Of a stretch of DNA of 64,000 bases, positions 57,001-64,000 are shown piece by piece (position 1 is the stretch's first letter; every line of letters begins with the position of its first letter). Below the pieces are notes generated by a model. It was not told where the DNA came from, made no database searches, and saw only the letters and a program-made list of their open reading frames with translations. A program made the translations under genes and the position numbers. Source of the DNA: Dicyema japonicum (taxonomy: Eukaryota > Animalia > Dicyemida); assembly GCA_011109175.1 (NCBI GenBank), contig RDEW01000010.1, positions 479,837 through 543,836 of the forward strand. Direction: 5' to 3'.

Positions 57001-60000
57001 GTAAAGATATTCATTAAAACACGAAACAAATTAAGATCGTAACCCTTTTTTAGGCGTTTTACTAAGAATTAGGCAGAAATATACAATTTAAGGGAACCGA
57101 GGGTATAAGACTCAGGAAAAGAGAGAACAACAAGTCCATGGAAATACAGCGACGAGACACCAATGTGGAAATGAACACAATAAGGGGCTCAGTGCTCATT
57201 TTATCGTAAGACTAGAAAATTAGTGAACCAATGAACCAAATTCAACTTAGAGTAGTAGGCGGGGTACACAGAGTTGCTTGTTCGATCGAAGAGAGCATGG
57301 AGAGCTGTGATTAATTCCTCCTGCAAAATTCGGTTCAAAGTGCTAATTTCAGCAAAGCGGAGAGAAATTTGATAAATTCTAAGGTTGTTATAACAAAGAA
57401 CTTTGGCAAATCCCTTATATGCGCCAAAGACCTAATAGTGTTCACAACAAACGTCTGAATGAAGGATTTGTCTGAGATTGTCCGCATGGAGAGGGAACTC
57501 CAACTGCAAATTGATAATAACAGAAAACGGTAAATCTGGAGAGATTCTGATGGATGGGTTGTCGTCTAATGTGAAGTAGTAATTAAATCCCTCCAAAATC
57601 CCATCTTTTATGATCCTTGTGCAGTCAAAACAGAAGGATTGATAGTCCATACTTACTTGCTCCTAAAATAATTCAATCACCGACCTTGAAAGACGGAAAA
57701 CCCTTAAAAATCCCATTAACAAAGTCCCTAATGACAATCAGGTGGGTGAAGCAGAGACGCTGGTGATTTTTTCATTAACTGATCCCAGAAAACTAGAAAT
57801 GATTAAATTTGACAAACCATACAAAGACGTCATAAACCATGATCGAATTGAGAAAAAAACACGATCTGTGTTTCTCAAGTATTCCAACTACCGAGAAGAA
57901 AACAGCTAGAACGTAACTGTGGACAAAATTCCCGCATTTTTCATTCAATTTGCTCAATATTTTTACCAACTAGGCAAAATTAGAAAGTAAAAAACATTGT
58001 CGCAAAATTTTAGCAAGGAGAAACGGTGAAGGATGAATCGAGGACTTCAAGAATAAACTCAACCACACAAACGGGAATGAGTTCACCGTTGAACTTGCAT
58101 TCCAAGAGATCAGCGAACAGCCTCAACATTTTCGAGGCACAAATGGCTATAATCGTAAAAACAAGACAACATGCAACAGAGGCACGGTCTCCGATCGGAA
58201 GAGTTCTCAGCTTGACTTGACACTTTGAAAGTGAACACGAAAGTTTTTTAAAGTCTCCGAAATGACTGAAATACGTGATCTCCTTTATGTGATCAAAGGA
58301 TCTCAACGAGACAGCCTTTAAAGCCTTAAATGCAATCTACCAATCACATAGATAGCTCACCTGCTTAAATTTACAAATTAGATCGTTCCGTTTGGTTGAA
58401 AATCCGTAGATGAGGTTCAACCGTTCATTCTGATAAGAGGAAACCATTCCCAGTGGAAGTGAGGGTTCAATTTTGGTCTCAAAAGGAAAGTGTTTCAAAT
58501 ACAAGAGATATCGTTCCTGTTGTTCGCTACATACTGGCTTTTCAAACAAGTCTGGCTTTATTTCTTCATCGTGAGCATTATTTGATTGACAAACTGACAT
58601 TTTGTCATCCATTCGGTGCTTTGAGTTGTAAGGAATCGAGAGGATGCCATTCGTTATGAGGTGCTTCATATAAGCAGAAAACGAGAAAATCCCGACTTGA
58701 ATCATTTCGTTTACAAGCAGACAAACCCTCGTGAAAAGTATGCATGAGTCACATGGTTCGGTTACTACGGTTAATAAAATTCATACAAGGAATGTGACAA
58801 TTTAACAGAAAGTCGCAGAAGATGTCCTGGATCTCGTTGACAAAACCCGATTTTTCGTTCTGGTAAAATCACCGAATAAAAAAACCGAATCGACCGCAAG
58901 CTGGTTCAGCCTTCTCGCAATAATCTGAGCCACCAAAACAGGACCCTGAGACTCCCCGTCGTCGTCAAAAACTGCCCACTGAAAAAGCAGATTCAACAGT
59001 TCACTTTCATTCCACGAATTCTCATTCTAATGAGATAAACAATGCCAATTAACAGAATCGTCTATCTCTTTGTACAAAAGACCACAAATTTCGTCCATGG
59101 ACACATAACCCTGTGAGACCCTGACACTTTTCAAAATGTCTACACATTTCGTACCCCACTCGAGCTTTTGACCTAAAAATTAGTTTTGAAGAGGACCGGA
59201 CTCACAGGAAATATGAGAATATGATTTCCATCGACATTCACACATTGAACTCCTTTTTATGATCGAATTCTCGGATTTCTTCAGTTTTTCTATCATTTCT
59301 GGAACCCAGGACTAAAATACTGTCAAATTAATACAGATAAATTCAATATTAACTCAGATGGAAGCTGTGGGAGAAAGTCGACAGGGGAATATTTGAAGAT
59401 ACTGTTGGAGACGATCAGGTTGTACTGAACAAAAGCGGTAGGACAGTGAATTACAAAGTAAGAAATCAGCTGAACCAGATTTTCAACCAAGGATTTCACA
59501 TTACAGCAAGAAATAGACCATTTCGCGATCCCGAGTTTACTAAAATTTTAAAAACACAAAAACAACTCAGTTTTGTTTCCATGAGCCTGCAGAAGACCAG
59601 ACAATGTGTAGGCAGCGCCCATAGCCAGCCTCCGTGTGATAAACACATGTTTGATAATTTGGTTAGCGAACTGAGGTGAGTAAGCTTAAAATGCGTACTT
59701 TAAAACAAAGATTCCAATGCCAGCAGAAAAACTCTACGTTCCCCGAGTATTTCTCCGTCTGATAGATAATCCATTTAAACAGAGTCACTCGAGACAACAA
59801 TTTCTCCTACTCAAATTACTCCCATCAGACAACCTCATATAGATATTCCACCAGATCCAGTAGGAAATCTAGCAATTCGTGGGATTCATGTGAGTTCTGT
59901 ATAGGAAATGACTTGGGGCGCTGTTTTTTCGAAGTGTCAACCAATGTGGTAACCAAACCACTTAACAGAGAGTCCCTAACTGAATCAATAAACTCGAAAA

Positions 60001-60848
60001 TTGAATTCGTCCATTCTATGTAATAGTTAAAACCGGAAAAACCAGTTGAAGGGTTGTAATTCTTCGCATTACTCTTTTTGCGATTATTCTCAGCGTGTTG
60101 AACGTAGAGAACAGCACTGACCTTGATATACCAGGCACACCGATCCACGGGCACGTGGTTTTTAAATAGGCACATCAACATCTCCTCCTTCTTGTAAAAG
60201 TAAGGGACCTAAAAGAAAAAATCAAGTAAAGGTAAATAAAACTTCAAAAACCGCAATTACGGGGAAAAATTAGATTTAAATTAAAAATCAATTTAATGTC
60301 AATACCACTCTAAGCAAAGTCAGAGTGGAAAAAGTCAAAAAGCGGGAAAAACCTGTTTAAGTAGTTCTTGAAAGGGCAGTCCATTCGCCAAATTGCTCAA
60401 CCAAGCGTCGACAGCCGATTTAGCTTGTGGAGTGACCTGAAAGTCAATGAGGGAACCCAAACCGGAAAAAACAAAAGTTTGACAACATTTGAAATTTGTG
60501 GTTGTTTTTTCTTGGCTGTGGTTAGAGGAGGCTTAGTCTCGTGTTTCTTGTCGTATATGTCACTTAGGAAGGATATAATCTGAAAATGAAGGAGTGAAGA
60601 ACCTGTTGTTTTGATATTGAAGTCACTCGTTTGGTGAGATACTAATGTTAAAAAATAAAGAATTACTTCGTTTGGACGTGGTTTGAGGATAAACCAGAGT
60701 TTAGAATATCTCCTGTTAGTTTATCCTAAATAATTAGAAGATTTATTAAAGGATTAACTTCAATTTGGTCTGGTAACTGAGGGTAAATGTCAGGAGGCCC
60801 AAGGGAACTCTTTTTCAGGGCTGTCATTTCTTTATATGCCCCAATCAT
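54072..60848 (-). CDS. MED12: Mediator subunit 12; many small introns; internal exon structure not fully resolved
   Basis: N-terminus ALKKSSLGPPDIYPQLPDQIE|DKLT resembles [75 protein letters not shown]/N-rich C-terminus ending at TAA 54072-74. Confidence 0.88.
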
Positions 60849-62117
60849 TGTTTATAAATCTCAATAAGACAAGATGTATGAGTACTTGTGTCAAAAACAA
60901 ACCACAAGATACAATTGAATCCAAATTAAAAAAATTGAAATAAATAATAAATTTTAAAATGTTATTATTTTATATTAAAAATAATATTTTTAACGCACAA
61001 AACATTATTATGTGCTTTATATGAGATTTTTGGCTAAATAATAATAATAGCGACATTTAGTTTAATAATCATTAACTTGTTGATGACATTTTTATTTTGA
61101 GTGATGTTGACTCATTTACGTGAGACATTGATTTTTAAATTTTAGATTGTTATTAGTAAATTTTAGTAACTTTCCATTATTTATAAATCAATGATGATGT
61201 AGCTGGATCTTTAAAGTTTAAAATCAATTAAATTTTAGCCACATAATCTAAATTTACCGCAAAATTTCGCGTTACCATTTTCTTCGCTTTGATAGGCTAA
61301 AGCTACCAATAAACAAAATTTGAATAATTGTTAAACTGAAACTGCTGATTTTATTCTTAATTTAGTACTTGTCCTTGCTGAAATTGTATTTATTAAATTA
61401 ATTAAAAACAAAAAACAAATAAATTTTTTTTTTTTTTTTTTTTTTGTTTTTTAATTCAAAATTTATTTATAACAATAAAATCGTTCTAATAAATTTTTTT
61501 TATTAATTAAAATTTTCCTCTCAAATAAGCCCTCATTGACATTCTAGCTGAAACTAGACCTTTAGAGATACTGAAGCCTTCTGGAACCGCGTTTTTTTAA
61601 TTAGTGCTCATTTTTGGCGTATCGTGCGGTTTTAGGAATTAATGTAAATAAATTTAAAGAAAATCTATATATTATTCCCTTTATCTAAAACCGCAAATTA
61701 TTATTATAGAATCGATTAAAACATGTAATCCATTTCGTAAAGACAAATGCTGTCATTTAAAAACAAATCTTTTAGTCATCCGTGCAGAGTAAAAGGTTAG
61801 AGTACCTGAGAACTTTGGGAGAACGTCAAAAGATCCTTGTAATTGGAGAACATCGGTATTAGTTGAGCTTATTTCTTTGTGCTATTGGCTCAATAAAATA
61901 ATAATAGATAGTGAATTTAGATTTAGATAGCGGTTCAAATTTGCAATAATCAGAACAGTCCAGGTATTTGTGAAAACGACAAATGAGGTTAATCTGAAAA
62001 GGCAGTGAATGAATGGCTATTGACATATTGTGGCACAAAATAGTTGTGAGGAAATAAACAACAGCTGTGTAAAAAAGTGGGTTAACCTAAGGAAACAGGA
62101 AATAATTTTTTATTACT

Positions 62118-62430
62118 AACTATGCCACATAGCGCCAACGTTAGTGTGGTATGAAATTTTTTGTTTTTCTTCTGTTTCTCATTTTCCTTTTTGTCTCCAG
62201 GGAGCTTGAATTGTTAGCGTGCGTCATGTGGTTCACCATCTCTGGAGGCGTCAGATATAATCTTAAATTATATCTAAAAGGACCATTAGTTAACAACCAT
62301 CCTGAGGAGTTCAACCGGACGTCACTTCCTTCAAGTCCGAGCTTGCGAAGACTGTTGAGGGAGGCCGGGGTCACATGAATTTTTTTTAATTCTGGCTATG
62401 ACGGTGTTTTTTTGGTTCAATAAATTTAAT
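62118..62430 (+). mobile_element. Structured-head short element (copy H, tail type iii)
   Basis: 5' hairpin ATGCCACA..TGTGGTAT; fold 62221-62285; LRRLLREAGVT* plus TTCTGGCTATGACGGTG tail. Confidence 0.8.
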
Positions 62431-64000
62431 TCAACAAATGCGTGACGCAAAAGGATTGTAACATCTCTCATTGTAATCGATTTCTTTAAAATCACAAAAT
62501 TAATCCGAATCGAACAACCAATGAGTTAATTTAATATCATGGGATGATCCACCAAAGACTGGATGTTTAAGCTCAGCTGTTGAAGACAATAGAGAATAGG
62601 ATGCAACATTTCTGAATGTAAACACTCTAAACTGTTGTGTTTCCTAGAATAAAGGTAACATTTTCTTGATCCCAAAAGTTGCTGAACAAGAGTCGATCCA
62701 GATCCTACGTGCATGGAGACTTCAATAGTTCTAATCTTCGGATTTCTGATTTCTCCTGAATTCGTCACTTTGTTGATGTTTCGAGCATGAAGACAAGGGT
62801 TTTCATCTGTCGTAAAGTTATGTAGACATTGTCTGCAATAGTGGTACGTCACCAACTAGGTCCCCCGATCAATTAATCACTTGGCTGACCGAAATACTCA
62901 ATTTTTAAATTTAAACATCAATTCAACGAAATTGTTATGGGTGTGACATAGATAATTAAACTATTTTAAAAATTGGAATTATCCACCTATTTTGCTTTAA
63001 AATTAATACAGTGATGAATATGATGACGAGTGGGATAATGAGTTCATTTCCAGTCACATTCATAAATTTATCTCCACGCATCCGCTTAAATGATCGATCA
63101 TCTGCATGAATCCGGTGGTTGTCTGTAAACATCTATCCATGTATGCGAGAATTATGTAATCTTCATAGAATAGCTCCCAAGCCATCTTTTCAATTTGCTT
63201 GGAATATCTGAGGCAAAGACCTTGCTTGTAAGTATCTCTCCTAAGATTGAGTTAAAAAAGCATACAAAAGTGTTTTGACCCCATGTTTGCATTGCGAGCC
63301 CTCCGAAATGAATCTTTTTAGTGTTGTGAGGTGAGTTGCCACTGAGATCTCTTTTGAAGTCGAAATGAGGCCATGGGAAAACATGGACGGACAGTATTTC
63401 ATTATTTTGTTAAGTTAATATCGGTTATTCTCCACATTTTGAAAGGCTTTTTTGCTTGACGTGAGTCTTTACCAGTTACGTTCTTGTCTTTTTTGACATT
63501 GTTAATTAGTCTTTTCGCCCAATGAGCGGGTTCCATCCATGACTTTGTATTTGTCTCTGTAGGCTTTTGATAAGATTTCTCTTTTTCTTATATAGTCATT
63601 GTGCAGTCGATCGACGTCTATTAATAGGACGATATACTTTATAATATAGCGTCAATTAACAAACCCACTAATTGGACAATAGAAAGGCGTGGATAATTTA
63701 CCTGTAAATTATCTTTTCGTATTTGAGGTATGTCGCAGAAAAGGTTGCTTGATAGGTTGTCCACTCTCACTAAATTTCGGTCGTCGTTCTAGTGGAGTGC
63801 CTACAGTGATATAAACTCTAAGTTGTAGCCGGTGACTCTTTTTACAGCTTCTATATTATGAATAACTTGTAGGAGAGAACGTGAAATTGCTATTGATCAC
63901 GGCGCACTTTCACAAGTCAGTATCGGCTGAATAATTTAGTTGGAGACGGTGGAGAAATATTGCATCCCAGTGTTTTTAAAATGTTATTTAAAATTGTAAT

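Noticed and set aside
1-64000. Ciliate origin or alternative genetic code; CRISPR arrays or prokaryotic defence systems
   Set aside because: Genes end in TAA, TAG and TGA, spliced frames contain no internal stops apart from the NDRG frame break, the gene set is animal-like, and no repeat-spacer array is present. The TIR protein is an intron-containing SARM1.

Overview
AT-rich animal (metazoan) genomic DNA. Six host protein-coding genes sit as islands in a dense field of decayed transposons: NDUFAF4-like (+), SARM1-like ARM-SAM-TIR (+), a BCAT homologue (-), RPL3 (-), NDRG (+) and MED12 (-). One tRNA-Lys(CTT) gene is also present. Of the 31 introns I reconstructed by hand, 30 are only 21-28 nt and all are GT-AG. 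This explains why the ORF track is fragmented, and it suggests a dicyemid-like reduced parasite (inference). The repeats are RTE, Ingi/I-group, gag-containing jockey/I-like, CRE and R4/Dong-like non-LTR retrotransposons, three hAT elements with TSDs, and a tRNA-headed SINE family with a structured core. The most notable signal is a recurring ~65-nt RNA fold with the strand order of an HDV-like ribozyme (P1-P2-P3-P1'-P4-P2') but a non-canonical core. It shows compensatory changes across about 11 copies. It caps a TSD-bounded Ingi-like LINE that also carries a 2A-like motif, and it heads a family of short non-autonomous elements with interchangeable LINE tails. Other highlights: a BCAT whose PLP lysine is Arg, RPL3 lacking the methyl-His245 site, an NDRG frame break that a 14-nt intron would repair, CACGTG enrichment, and an intact tRNA gene inside an R4-like element. 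All calls are manual, and TE boundaries without TSDs are approximate.
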